DNA of 64,000 nucleotides from an uncultured delta proteobacterium (lineage in GTDB: Bacteria; Desulfobacterota; Desulfobacteria; Desulfobacterales; JAHEIW01): positions 32,001 to 96,000 of the forward strand of contig CAVPNL010000018.1 in NCBI GenBank assembly GCA_963706575.1, given 5' to 3'. Both the position numbers and the translations under genes were made by a program. Position 1 is the first letter of the stretch, and each line of letters begins with the position of its first letter. Below are positions 41,714 to 51,522 of this stretch, one piece after another. The notes under the pieces are model-generated. The model did not search any database and was not told where the DNA came from. It was given only the letters and a program-made list of their open reading frames with translations.

Positions 41714-42980
41714 CTATTTGACCCTAACGAGCATGCCTTCCGTGGCATCCGACAATGGGGTTTTGATAATGCGCTCGCCATCCGACAGCCCCTGACTGAC
41801 AATGACGGAATCTTTAAACGTTCGCAGGATATCGACGGACTTTATTTTCAGGCGATCACCTTCAACCGTATAAATTATATCTCCCGGATAAACCACATAC
41901 CGCGGGAGCACAAATGCTTGCTCGACGTCTTTGCCTTTAATCTTAACGGTGACAAACATTCCCGGCCTCAGGCGCAGTGCGTTTCTGTTTTCTCCGGAGT
42001 TTGATCTTGCGTCAACTTCGATGACAACCGGCAGGGTACGGGTTTTGTCATCCATCTCCGCTTTGACCCGGGACACACGCCCCTTCCAGGACTGCTGACG
42101 CGCCTTGATTTTCAAAAATCACTTCCGCCTCAATGCGGGCATCCGCATTCAACTCCGCCGGCAGCCATTTAAAATCCTTGACTGGAATCCGCACCTCGAT
42201 ATCCAGCTCGCCGGCGCTGTAAATCCGGCCCATGCTCTGTCCGATCGTCACATGTTGCCCGACTTCGATGGTTTTTTCGAGAACCCAGCCGTCAAAAGGA
42301 GCAACAAAAGCGGATCTTTCCAGATCCAGTTTGGCTTCCGCAAACATCACTTTGGTCATGTCCCGCTGGGCCAGCAACTGCTCTTTTTGCGGCCCTGTCA
42401 GGGCCAGCTGATTTTCAAGGGCCTGTAAACGCTCCCGGCTGGCCAGATATTGCTGCTCGGTCTTGTCCAGGGTCGACTGGGCGATGACCTTTCTATCGAT
42501 TAGTTTTTTCAATCTGAAATATTCACTTTTGGCGAGCGAAACATCTGATTTTGCGATTTTGATGCGCGCCTGCAGGTTCAAGACCTCCTGTTCAAGGCGT
42601 TTGATCTCTGCCTGGGCCTGCTTAATCTGCACGTTGCGGTGTTGCACTTCCAGTTCGTATGTCCGCGGATCAATCTGGATCAGCCGGGTTCCCCGGGTTA
42701 CAAAATTGCCTTCCGCAAAGGATGCGTCAGTGGCGGCAATCTGGCCACGAACTTCGGCAACCAGCAGCAGTGCTTCACGCGGTTTGACAGTGCCGTAAGC
42801 CTCGATGACCATCTGCACTTTTTCAGCCCTGGCCGCAAATACTTCGACCAGACGGCCCCTGTCTTCGACAACGCGCCGTTCGGCTTTGGGCCGCAGGATA
42901 ACCAGAACCGCAGCAATGATGATTGCGACCAGGATAACGACAAAAACCCGAATCGTCTTAAAGGTGGCCCCTTTTTTCAT
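41714..42980 (-). CDS. RND periplasmic adaptor (MFP); +1 frameshift near 42100
   Basis: N-terminal TM, AEVRGQI, coiled coil, APFDG, TRTLPV...LRPGMFV, GLSDGE. Confidence 0.9.
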
Positions 42981-43145
42981 GACGCAAGACTCCATTGAAA
43001 GAATGGATTGATAATTACTTCAGACCGCTAATACTCTAAAATAGTTAATCGATATGGATTTTGCAACCGCTAAGCCTTTTCCGCCTGACGAGTTTTTATC
43101 ATAACTTCGTGAGAGCGACGATTAAATTCAATTTTAAAGATGGAT

Positions 43146-43188
43146 AAAAAAAATAGCCGTCTGCTGGCACCATTCACACAGACGGCTA
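43146..43188 (-). terminator. Rho-independent terminator after etfA
   Basis: TAGCCGTCTG/CAGACGGCTA 10-bp stem followed by a U8 tract on the minus strand. Confidence 0.8.
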
Positions 43189-43217
43189 CATAAAGACTCC
43201 CCCAATTTTAGAGATGA

Positions 43218-44192
43218 TTATTTACCTTCTTGGATTTTTTCAGTCAGGACCGGCACGAAATCAAGAAGATCTTCGACAACCCCGACATCCGCTACCTGAA
43301 AAATCGGCGCTTTGGGATTCTTATTCACCGCGACAATAAAAGGATTCCCTTTTAATCCGCCCAGATGCTGAAAGGATCCACTGATGCCAAGTGCCATGTA
43401 AACTTTGGGTTTAACCGTCTGACCTGAAGTCCCGACCTGACGCGGTTTTTCAAGCCATTTGGCATCAACGATCGGCCGGGAACAGGAAACAACACCTCCC
43501 ACGGCCTCAGCCAGTTCTTCAGCAATTTCAATGTTATCCTGATCCTCGATACCGCGGCCGATTGAAACCAGGATATCCTCTTTGGTAATGTCGACATCAC
43601 CGGCTTCGGCCGCTACGACTTCCAGAAACCGTCGACCAACCGTAAGCTCTCCGATTTCAGATGATTTATCGATCACCTGCCCGCCGGCCGACTGGCTTTC
43701 ATCCGGCTGAAATACACCCGGGCGAATGTTAATAACAGCACCGGAAACAATATCAGCGAGCACATGCGTGCTGACCTGCCCGCTGTATTCCTGGCGTATC
43801 ACTTTAAGATTGTCGCCTTCCATTCCCTCAAAGCCGACGACATCGGATACAAAAACCGAATCCAGCTTAATGGAAAGCCCGGGAGAAAGATCCATGCCGA
43901 ACGTATCATGCGGAACCAGCACAATGGCATCCGGGGGCAGAACAGCCGTCAGCAGCTTTCGAATGACTTCGGCATTGGGATAGGCCAGCGCCTCGTTATC
44001 AAACTTCCACACCTCCGCACAGGAGGCAGCCAGCTGATTGCAGACCGTATCCAAATCGGCACCGGACCCGGTAACGATTGCGGTTGCCGAACCATCCGGG
44101 TGGATTTTTTGGGCGGCTGAAATAAGTTCTAAAGCCGTATCATCGGCAACACCATCCTTATGTTCAATATATGCGAAAACCTGTGCGGCCAT
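43218..44192 (-). CDS. etfA: Electron transfer flavoprotein alpha subunit
   Basis: SRPIVD, QVGTSGQTVKP, GISGSFQHLGG, NKNPKAPIF. Confidence 0.95.
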   Translation of the reverse strand: MAAQVFAYIEHKDGVADDTALELISAAQKIHPDGSATAIVTGSGADLDTVCNQLAASCAEVWKFDNEALAYPNAEVIRKLLTAVLPPDAIVLVPHDTFGMDLSPGLSIKLDSVFVSDVVGFEGMEGDNLKVIRQEYSGQVSTHVLADIVSGAVINIRPGVFQPDESQSAGGQVIDKSSEIGELTVGRRFLEVVAAEAGDVDITKEDILVSIGRGIEDQDNIEIAEELAEAVGGVVSCSRPIVDAKWLEKPRQVGTSGQTVKPKVYMALGISGSFQHLGGLKGNPFIVAVNKNPKAPIFQVADVGVVEDLLDFVPVLTEKIQEGK

Positions 44193-44983
44193 TATTTAAT
44201 TCCTCCTTTGGCTTTTAATAGGTCAATCAGTTTTTCGGCAATCTCTTCACTGCTGCCGTCAAGAATTTCAGCGCCTTCGCCCATCTCCGGAATAAAATAA
44301 TCGATGCGTTTAACTTTGGCGCCGGATTCACCCACATGTGCCGGGTCAATGCCAAGAGCAGAGGCTCCCCATACCGGTATGTCCACCGAAGCAACTTTGC
44401 GGATGCCGCGAATGCCGACATAACGGGGCTCGTTGATACCGGTTTGGATTGAAAGCACACAGGGAAGTGCAATCTCGTTCATTTCCTGATTGCCGCCCTC
44501 GATTTCCCGGCCGACTTTAAGCTGGCTGTCGCTTAAAACCTCGATGGAGTTTACCACCGATGCATAGGGCACATCCAGCATGGCGGCCAGCATGCCGCCG
44601 ATCTGGCCGGCACCATCATCCGCCTGCGCACCGGTCAGGATCAGGTCATACTTCCCCTTTTCGACCACCGCCTTCAAAATGGCGGCAACGGCTTTTCCAT
44701 CCGATCCCTCAAAGGCATCATCGGACACCAGAATGCCGTTGTTGGCGCCCATGGCCATTTCCCTTCTGACGACCTCTTCAGATTCCTCGTCACCCAGGGA
44801 AACCACCGTAACCGCACCACCTGCTTTGTCGACAAGCTGAATGGCCTCTTCGACCGCATAATTGTCCCACTCGTTTACCGAGTAAACCAGATCATCGCGC
44901 TCGATATCGGAACCGTCGCTGTTGACCTCGATCTCATTTTCAGCGGTGTCCGGAACCCTCTTCACGCATACGAGTATCTCCAT
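44192..44983 (-). CDS. etfB: Electron transfer flavoprotein beta subunit
   Basis: VCVKRVPD, NEWDNYAVEEA, GAQADD, NEPRY. Confidence 0.95.
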   Translation of the reverse strand: MEILVCVKRVPDTAENEIEVNSDGSDIERDDLVYSVNEWDNYAVEEAIQLVDKAGGAVTVVSLGDEESEEVVRREMAMGANNGILVSDDAFEGSDGKAVAAILKAVVEKGKYDLILTGAQADDGAGQIGGMLAAMLDVPYASVVNSIEVLSDSQLKVGREIEGGNQEMNEIALPCVLSIQTGINEPRYVGIRGIRKVASVDIPVWGASALGIDPAHVGESGAKVKRIDYFIPEMGEGAEILDGSSEEIAEKLIDLLKAKGGIK

Positions 44984-45042
44984 TTTTACCTCCCGATGTC
45001 GTTAACATTTATCGATAAATTCTAAAGCTCAACTTCTTTGTA

Positions 45043-45100
45043 AAAAATCCTAAATTCGAATAACGAAATTCGAAACAATTTCGAAATTCGTTATTCGCAA
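45043..45100. repeat. Heptamer-based hairpin (AATTCGA units)
   Basis: CGAATAACGAAATTCGAAA-CAA-TTTCGAAATTCGTTATTCG. Confidence 0.7.
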
Positions 45101-45169
45101 ACTGCTCATAGCAAATGTTTTTTTGATCAAAATGGCCGCTTAAACGGTCAGTTGCGGTACTGACATCTG

Positions 45170-47269
45170 TCACCTGTCCTCCGACTCCTGACTTCTGTCC
45201 TCTGATACCAGATGCCGCTCAATGAGTTCGGTCAGATCCAGTGCTTCCATCTGCCCTTCCAGACCGCTGACTTTGATGGCATCTTCAAGGTTGACCAGAC
45301 AGAACGGGCAGGCGGTTACAATCACATCGGCGCCGGCCTTTTTGGCCATCTCCACGCGCAACACGCCCATGCGCTGGTCTTCTTCGGGTTCATAAAAGAG
45401 CATCAGCCCCCCGCCGCCGCAGCAAAAGGAACGGTCCCGGCAGTCTTCGGTCATTTCAACCCGTTTAATTCCGGGAATCGAATCGATGGCCGCGCGGGGC
45501 TCATCATAGACATTATTGTGCCGGCCCAGGTAGCAGGCATCATGATAGACATAAATTTTTGAAGCATCTTCAACCGCTTTGAGTTGAATTTTGCCGGCTT
45601 TGACACTGCGCAAAATTGTCTGGCTGATATGCTCCACCGGCGGAAGATCGGTATAGTCCTTTTTTAAAGCATTGAAGGCATGCGGATCGGCGGTCACAAT
45701 GCGTTGCGCACCCGAATTCAGGATGGCATCCGTATTTTGATCCCTTAAATCCTGAAACAGCATCTCTTCGCCGAAGCGCCGGGCTTCATGACCGCTGTCT
45801 TTTTCAGCTTTGCCGAGAATGCCGAAATCAATTTCGGCCGCATTCAGAATTTCGGCGGTGCAGCGTGCAATTTCCTGCATGCGGTCATCAAATGAAGAAA
45901 TACTGTCCACAAAATACAGAGTTTCTGCCGCAGCACCCTTTTCCAGAATTTTAGCGCTGCAATCTTCCGGAAGTTCCTTGGTCCAATCCGCGCGCTTTCT
46001 CTCCATCTTGCCCCAGGGATTGCCGCGTTTTTCAAGTGAACCCAGCGGCTTTTGCAGCGATTGGGGAACCAGCCCTTCATCGACCATACCACGCCTCAAA
46101 TCCACCATTTTATCAATGTATTCAATGCCCAGGGGGCATTCCTGTTCGCAGGCCCCGCAGGTGGTACATGACCAGATTTCATCCTCGTCATAAATATCAC
46201 CGATCAATGGTTTGGCCTCGGCGCCGTTGCCGCCGATCAGGGGATAATGTTTAAAAGCATAATCGCGGCCCTTGATGGAAATAAATCGCGGCGACAACGG
46301 TCGCCCGACCGCATTGGCCGGGCAGCGGTCGGAACAGCGGCCGCAATCCGCACAGGTATAGAAATCAAGGATATGCTTCCAGGTAAAATCCTCAAAAACC
46401 TTGACGCCAAAAGAATCCAGGTCATCGAGTTGCTCATCTGAAATGCCGTAGCGCACCGGCTTAACATTGCCCTTTTCAACCCGCATGAAAAATACATTGA
46501 AAATGGAGGTAATCACATGGAAGTGCTTGCCCAGCGGCAGAAAGCAAAGGAAAAAGAAAAAGGTCAGATCATGGATGAAATAGGTGATCAGATGCGTATT
46601 CTGCAATGCCGCCGGAGAGGAACCGCTCAGCATATGGCTGAAAAACCAGGCAAGGCTCAGTGGGGCCGGAAGCTCGGCATGCAGGCCCTTTTGGGTCTGA
46701 GCCGCGACCAGACTGGCTTCGAACAAGCTTTCCGAGAGCATCAGGGTTGATATCAGGCCAAGGACAAATACGGCTTCAGCGGTATGATCTTCTCCGTATC
46801 GGGAAGGCACGCTATAGCGTGCGGGTTTAAAAATGCCCCTGCGAACAGCGGCGATGACACAGGCAATTAAAACCCAGGTGGCGGCGTAATCTTTTAACAC
46901 GCTGTAAATCTGGCCGAAGATCCCGCTGAAGCCGGGCAAAACAAAATTTTCGGAAAAGCCCAGTATGACCAGCTGGGTTGAGCGTGCGCCCAGGATAATA
47001 AAGCCGGCAAATATGAAAATGTGTAATACGCCGGCGAGCATATACCGGGGCTGACGCCACTGAGCCAACCAGATTTTTAAAATCAGGCCGACCCGTTGCC
47101 CGATGCAGCAAAAGCGATCATCGGGAGCGGCCTTGAAAAGGGGTGTCATCCTGCGGATAATAATGTAGGCAAACAGGGCCGTACCGACAACCGGAATCAG
47201 GATGGCAAAAACGGCTGTCGGAATACCGAATATCGAGGCCGCGGCCGGCGAAGTCAATGCGGATTCCAT
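45170..47269 (-). CDS. Membrane Fe-S oxidoreductase (TM domain + 2x4Fe-4S + CCG domains; FadF/ETF:quinone oxidoreductase-like)
   Basis: KHFHV, CADCGRCSDRCP, CTTCGACEQECP, HDACYLGR, CCGGGG, ACPFC. Confidence 0.9.
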   Translation of the reverse strand: MESALTSPAAASIFGIPTAVFAILIPVVGTALFAYIIIRRMTPLFKAAPDDRFCCIGQRVGLILKIWLAQWRQPRYMLAGVLHIFIFAGFIILGARSTQLVILGFSENFVLPGFSGIFGQIYSVLKDYAATWVLIACVIAAVRRGIFKPARYSVPSRYGEDHTAEAVFVLGLISTLMLSESLFEASLVAAQTQKGLHAELPAPLSLAWFFSHMLSGSSPAALQNTHLITYFIHDLTFFFFLCFLPLGKHFHVITSIFNVFFMRVEKGNVKPVRYGISDEQLDDLDSFGVKVFEDFTWKHILDFYTCADCGRCSDRCPANAVGRPLSPRFISIKGRDYAFKHYPLIGGNGAEAKPLIGDIYDEDEIWSCTTCGACEQECPLGIEYIDKMVDLRRGMVDEGLVPQSLQKPLGSLEKRGNPWGKMERKRADWTKELPEDCSAKILEKGAAAETLYFVDSISSFDDRMQEIARCTAEILNAAEIDFGILGKAEKDSGHEARRFGEEMLFQDLRDQNTDAILNSGAQRIVTADPHAFNALKKDYTDLPPVEHISQTILRSVKAGKIQLKAVEDASKIYVYHDACYLGRHNNVYDEPRAAIDSIPGIKRVEMTEDCRDRSFCCGGGGLMLFYEPEEDQRMGVLRVEMAKKAGADVIVTACPFCLVNLEDAIKVSGLEGQMEALDLTELIERHLVSEDRSQESEDR

Positions 47270-47311
47270 TATTATGGTTTTTCCCCCTTTTTGTAACTTA
47301 ACTGATCTTTT

Positions 47312-47337
47312 TCGTGGCTGGAAGCCACTCCCACATC
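47312..47337. repeat. REP-like palindrome copy
   Basis: Identical to 9679-9704. Confidence 0.8.
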
Positions 47338-47475
47338 GTGTTGCAGACATTAATACGTGGGATCCCGCCTCACGGGAGATTTACCAGCAAGTTTATCGAT
47401 GATTCATAATCGGCAGCCTTTAAACCAAGGGAGCATGCATATCAAAAATATCATCGTCAGGCAATAGTTCTCATC

Positions 47476-47698
47476 AGGTTCAGAGGTTCAGGATTCAGAG
47501 GTTCAGGGTTCAAGGTTCAAGGTTCCAAGCTTGAAGGCCAGTTTCATTGGTTAGATTGGTCTTATTGGTTCAATTGGTTCAGTTAAGTAACTAATTCAGC
47601 CAATTAAACTAATTTAACCAATAAAACGCTTCAGACTGATGAAAGGATATAATGAAGCTTGGAACCTTTGAACCTTTGAACCCTGAACCTCGGAACCT
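47476..47698. repeat. Nested inverted tandem arrays: outer GGTTCA(G/A) units, inner 9-nt ATTGGTTCA units
   Basis: Outer arms 47476-47532 and 47655-47698 (GGTTCCAAGCTT/AAGCTTGGAACC); inner arms about 47541-47586 and 47588-47627. Confidence 0.85.
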
Positions 47699-47702
47699 CG
47701 GA

Positions 47703-49524
47703 CTACTTCCCTCCGAAAGCATCTGCTGAAATATCAACTGCCGCACTGTCGGCCGCTAGAATCGCTTCCATTTTGCCGAGGCTGACCGGTAAAATCGAAT
47801 TCGCGAAAAATTCGATGCTTTTGATCTGGCCTTCGTAAAAGGCCACATCTTTTTTCTTGGCGCCGTTTTCCAGATTTTGAGCCGCCAGGGAAGCCCGCCA
47901 CAACAGCAGCCAGGCAAAAACCACATCACCGCAAACCTCCATAAAGGAATAAGCGTGGGCAAACGCGTTCATGCGCGTATCGATTGACAATGCCGCTTGA
48001 CCGATGTGCAACATCACTTCGCCCAGCTTATTAACAGCGGCCTCAACTTTAGCGGCCGTATCTTTCAGGTTCGAAATCGCCTTGGCAGCAGCCAATGTCT
48101 GCTGGATCTCGCCCAATAGATCCATAACCGGCTTGCCTTGATTCATGCCCAGCTTGCGGGCCAACAGATCCATAGCCTGAATGCCGTTGGTCCCTTCGTA
48201 GATCTGGGTAATCCGGCAGTCGCGCAGCAGCTGTTCCATGGGATATTCCTTGATGTAGCCGTAGCCGCCGTAAACCTGAACACCCAGGCTGCAAACCTCG
48301 AAGGCTTTATCCGTCACGTACCCCTTGGCGATGGGAATCAGCAGATCGATTAAACCCTGATGCTTGGCCTTATCCTCTTCTTTGTCACCGGTACGAAGGT
48401 GGTCCTCGCAGTTTCCGATATAGTATATGAGGCTGCGCATGCCTTCGACATAGGCCTTCATGGTCAAGAGCATGCGCCGGATATCGGGATGCTCGATGAT
48501 GGAAACCGAGGGGGCACCGTCTTCGGTAGCTTTTAAAAGATGCCGGCCCTGCACCCGCTCGCGCGCATAGTTGACGGCATAAATATAGGCGGAGCTGGCA
48601 CATGCCAGGCCCTGGAGTCCCACCAGCAGCCGCGCCTCGTTCATCATCTGGAACATGGCCCGCATGCCTTTATTTTCCTCACCCAGCAGTGTTCCGCGAC
48701 AATTGCCTTTGCTGCCGAGGGATAAGGAGGCAGGTCGCATTACCGTGAATACCCATTTTTTCCTCGATACCGGTACAGACCACATCATTGGGCTCGCCCA
48801 GGCTGCCGTCGTCGTTCACCCAAATTTTCGGCACCAGAAAAAGCGAGATCCCCCTGGTGCCTTCCGGGGCCCCTTCGATGCGGGCCAGCACCGGGTGAAT
48901 GATGTTTTCCGCCATATCGTGCTCGCCCGATGATATAAAAATCTTGTTGCCCGTAATCGAATAAGTGCCGTCGTCATTTTTAACTGCCGAGGTCGTCAAT
49001 GCGCCCACATCGGAGCCGGCTTCGGGTTCGGTCAACAGCATCGTACCGGTCCATTCCCCGGTGAACATCTTTTTTAAAAACAGGTCTTTTTGCTTTTGGG
49101 TGCCGAATGTTTGAACCAGCCGGCCGGCGCCATGGGTCAGACCGGGATACATCATAAAGGCAAAATTGGCACCGATAAAATAATCATTGGCAGCCAGAGA
49201 AAGGGTGGCCGGCATGCCCTGCCCGCCCCAGGCCGGGTCATCGGAAAGGGCAACCCATTCACCTTCTTTAAAAAGATCCCAGGCCTTGTGGAATGATTCC
49301 GGCAGCGTCACATTGCCGCCTTCAAAGCGGGCGCCCTCGCGGTCGCCGTCGATCTGAGCCGGCAAAAGCTCTTTGACCGCCAGATTGCGGGCCTCGGACA
49401 TGATCAAATCGATGGTTTTTTTGTTAAATTCTGCATACTTCTCATGTTTGCTCAGGTCTGCGACGTTTAGCTGCTCATGCAGAACAAAATCGATATCTTT
49501 ACGATCTGCAATAAATTGTGCCAT
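47703..49524 (-). CDS. Acyl-CoA dehydrogenase (about 600 aa type); +1 frameshift near 48729
   Basis: LTEPEAGSDVG, GNKIFIS, EKMGIHGNATC, QVYGGYGY, IYEGTNGIQAMDL. Confidence 0.93.
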
Positions 49525-49582
49525 TTTTGATTATCTCCTCGTTTAGATAAAAATTACCGGCAAAATTTTAGCCCGGTCAAAT

Positions 49583-50200
49583 TTAAGGTGTTGAAGGGCC
49601 ACTATGTCCAATACCATTTATAAAGAGCTCGACCAGTGGATCGGCCATCGAAACCAGGTCATATTCCCCATTCGAGTGCAGCCAGGTATTGATGACTTCA
49701 TCCACCGCGCCGATGATAAAGCGTTTGACCAATCCGACATAGAGATCCCTGCGAATCGTACCTTCCTGCTGGCCCAGCTCGACGATCTCGGAGATGAGAT
49801 CCCGATACATCTGGGACATTTCTTTAATCTGCGCTTCCGCCAGACGGCTGTTCTGATGGGTTTCAACCTGGTAGACCACCGCCCCATCTTTGTCGCGCTG
49901 AAACTCGGCCAGGTGGCGACGCACAAGGTTTCGCAATTTATCGGCACTTGTTTCAGCCCCATCAACGGCCTCCCTGAAAGATACAAATACCTGTTTGGCC
50001 CGAAAACTGAAAAATTGAACCAAAATATCGTTCTTATTTTTGAAATACAGATAGATGGTGCCGTCGGCGACCCCGGCTTCTTTGGCAATCTGGGCAACGG
50101 TCGACTGGTGAAATCCCTGCCTGGCAAAAACCGTCACTGCCGCTTCAAGAATCTGATGATATTTATTATTTTTTTCGACACGGTTCGTAGCTTCTCTCAC
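49583..50200 (-). CDS. fadR: TetR-family regulator, FadR(YsiA)-like
   Basis: ILEAAVTVFARQGFHQSTVAQIAKEAGVADGTIYLYFKNK; heads the ACAD-FeS-etf operon. Confidence 0.8.
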   Translation of the reverse strand: MREATNRVEKNNKYHQILEAAVTVFARQGFHQSTVAQIAKEAGVADGTIYLYFKNKNDILVQFFSFRAKQVFVSFREAVDGAETSADKLRNLVRRHLAEFQRDKDGAVVYQVETHQNSRLAEAQIKEMSQMYRDLISEIVELGQQEGTIRRDLYVGLVKRFIIGAVDEVINTWLHSNGEYDLVSMADPLVELFINGIGHSGPSTP

Positions 50201-50224
50201 ATGTGCGGTCCTTTCAAAAAATAG

Positions 50225-50277
50225 AAAATGAATGAATGTTCATTCATTTTTTAACAGACATTGTCTCCGTCTGTCAA
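50225..50277 (-). promoter_or_regulatory. FadR-type operator palindrome overlapping a sigma70 promoter
   Basis: AAAATGAATGAA-TG-TTCATTCATTTT (50225-50250); TTGACA on the minus strand at 50277-50272. Confidence 0.8.
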
Positions 50278-50553
50278 GCACAAATTCAAAAAATATTTCA
50301 ATCGATTTTTGTTTTAATTACAGAATACTAATGGATAAATCAGATAAATTATCAGAAAAACAACGCTCTTTTAAGGCGTATATGATAAATGAGCTTCCAT
50401 TCATCAAGATGAAAGATCTTTTGAAGACATACATCCTTGGGTGGGTTAAAAAATAGCTTGACACAATTTCAGTATTTAATATTGATGAAGAGGTTATTCA
50501 AAAGCATTTAGTCAGTTAGGTTGAAACATGATCAAAATGGTAAAGGATGTGCT

Positions 50554-51318
50554 ATGAGTTTAAAAATATTTGATTTGACAGGAAAAACGGCTATGGTAAC
50601 CGGCAGCACGAAAGGGCTGGGCGAGGTGGCGGCAGTCGCTTTGGCGAAAGCCGGGGCAAACATCGCTGTGTGCGGTCGAAATCGTGAAAATTTGGAAAAA
50701 GTCTCGACGTCCATTAAAAATTTGGGAAGAGATTCGGCCGGCTTTTTTCTGGACGTTACATCCAAGCAAAGCGTCCAGGAGGCCGTTGAGCAAATACTCA
50801 AGCATTTTGGAAAAGTCGACATTTTAGTCAATAACGCCGGTGTAAACCACCGGGTTCCTGTTCTCGAGTTTACCGAAGAGGCCTGGGACCTTGTTATCAA
50901 CACGAATCTGAAAGGATATTTCCTGGTCACCCAGGCCGTGGTGCCGCAAATGATCGAGCGCGGATATGGTAAGGTCATCAATATAAGTTCTATTTTCGGT
51001 CTTACCCCTCTACCGGATCAACTTGCCTATTCATCATCAAAAGGCGGGGTGAATCAGCTTACCCGGGTAATGGCTTTAGAATGGGCCAAGAAAGGAATCC
51101 GTGTTAATGCAGTGGCGCCAACTTATTTTGAAACCGAATTTGTGACTCAAATTAGAAATGATCCTGAGAAATTCAAATTTATTAATGAGCGCACACCAAT
51201 GGGCCGATGGGGGCAGCCGGAGGAAATGGAGGGAATTGTTATTTTCCTTGCGACGCCTGCCTCGGATTTCATTACCGGTCAAATTATTTACATCGATGGG
51301 GGATGGACGGTGTGGTAA
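50554..51318 (+). CDS. SDR oxidoreductase (gluconate 5-dehydrogenase/KduD-like)
   Basis: TGSTKGLG, NNAG, YSSSK, DGGW. Confidence 0.9.
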   Translation: MSLKIFDLTGKTAMVTGSTKGLGEVAAVALAKAGANIAVCGRNRENLEKVSTSIKNLGRDSAGFFLDVTSKQSVQEAVEQILKHFGKVDILVNNAGVNHRVPVLEFTEEAWDLVINTNLKGYFLVTQAVVPQMIERGYGKVINISSIFGLTPLPDQLAYSSSKGGVNQLTRVMALEWAKKGIRVNAVAPTYFETEFVTQIRNDPEKFKFINERTPMGRWGQPEEMEGIVIFLATPASDFITGQIIYIDGGWTVW

Positions 51319-51321
51319 ATA

Positions 51322-51511
51322 GAAACCGTCTCAAAAATGTCTTTTGGTCCAATATCTTTGTTGGTGCCTCGTCTCAAATCCTCGACAACCAACAGGTTGC
51401 CTGCGGTTTTCGACCCACAAGGAATCTAAGATCAGACGGGGAATCCCGCAACGCGGGAAAACTCGGCCCCGCCGCGATCTTGAACCAAAATCCTATTTTT
51501 GAGACGGTTTC
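51322..51511. mobile_element. 190-bp MITE with 17-bp perfect terminal inverted repeats
   Basis: GAAACCGTCTCAAAAAT (51322-51338) and ATTTTTGAGACGGTTTC (51495-51511); imperfect IR extends further inward. Confidence 0.8.
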
Positions 51512-51522
51512 AAGGAGGGCAG

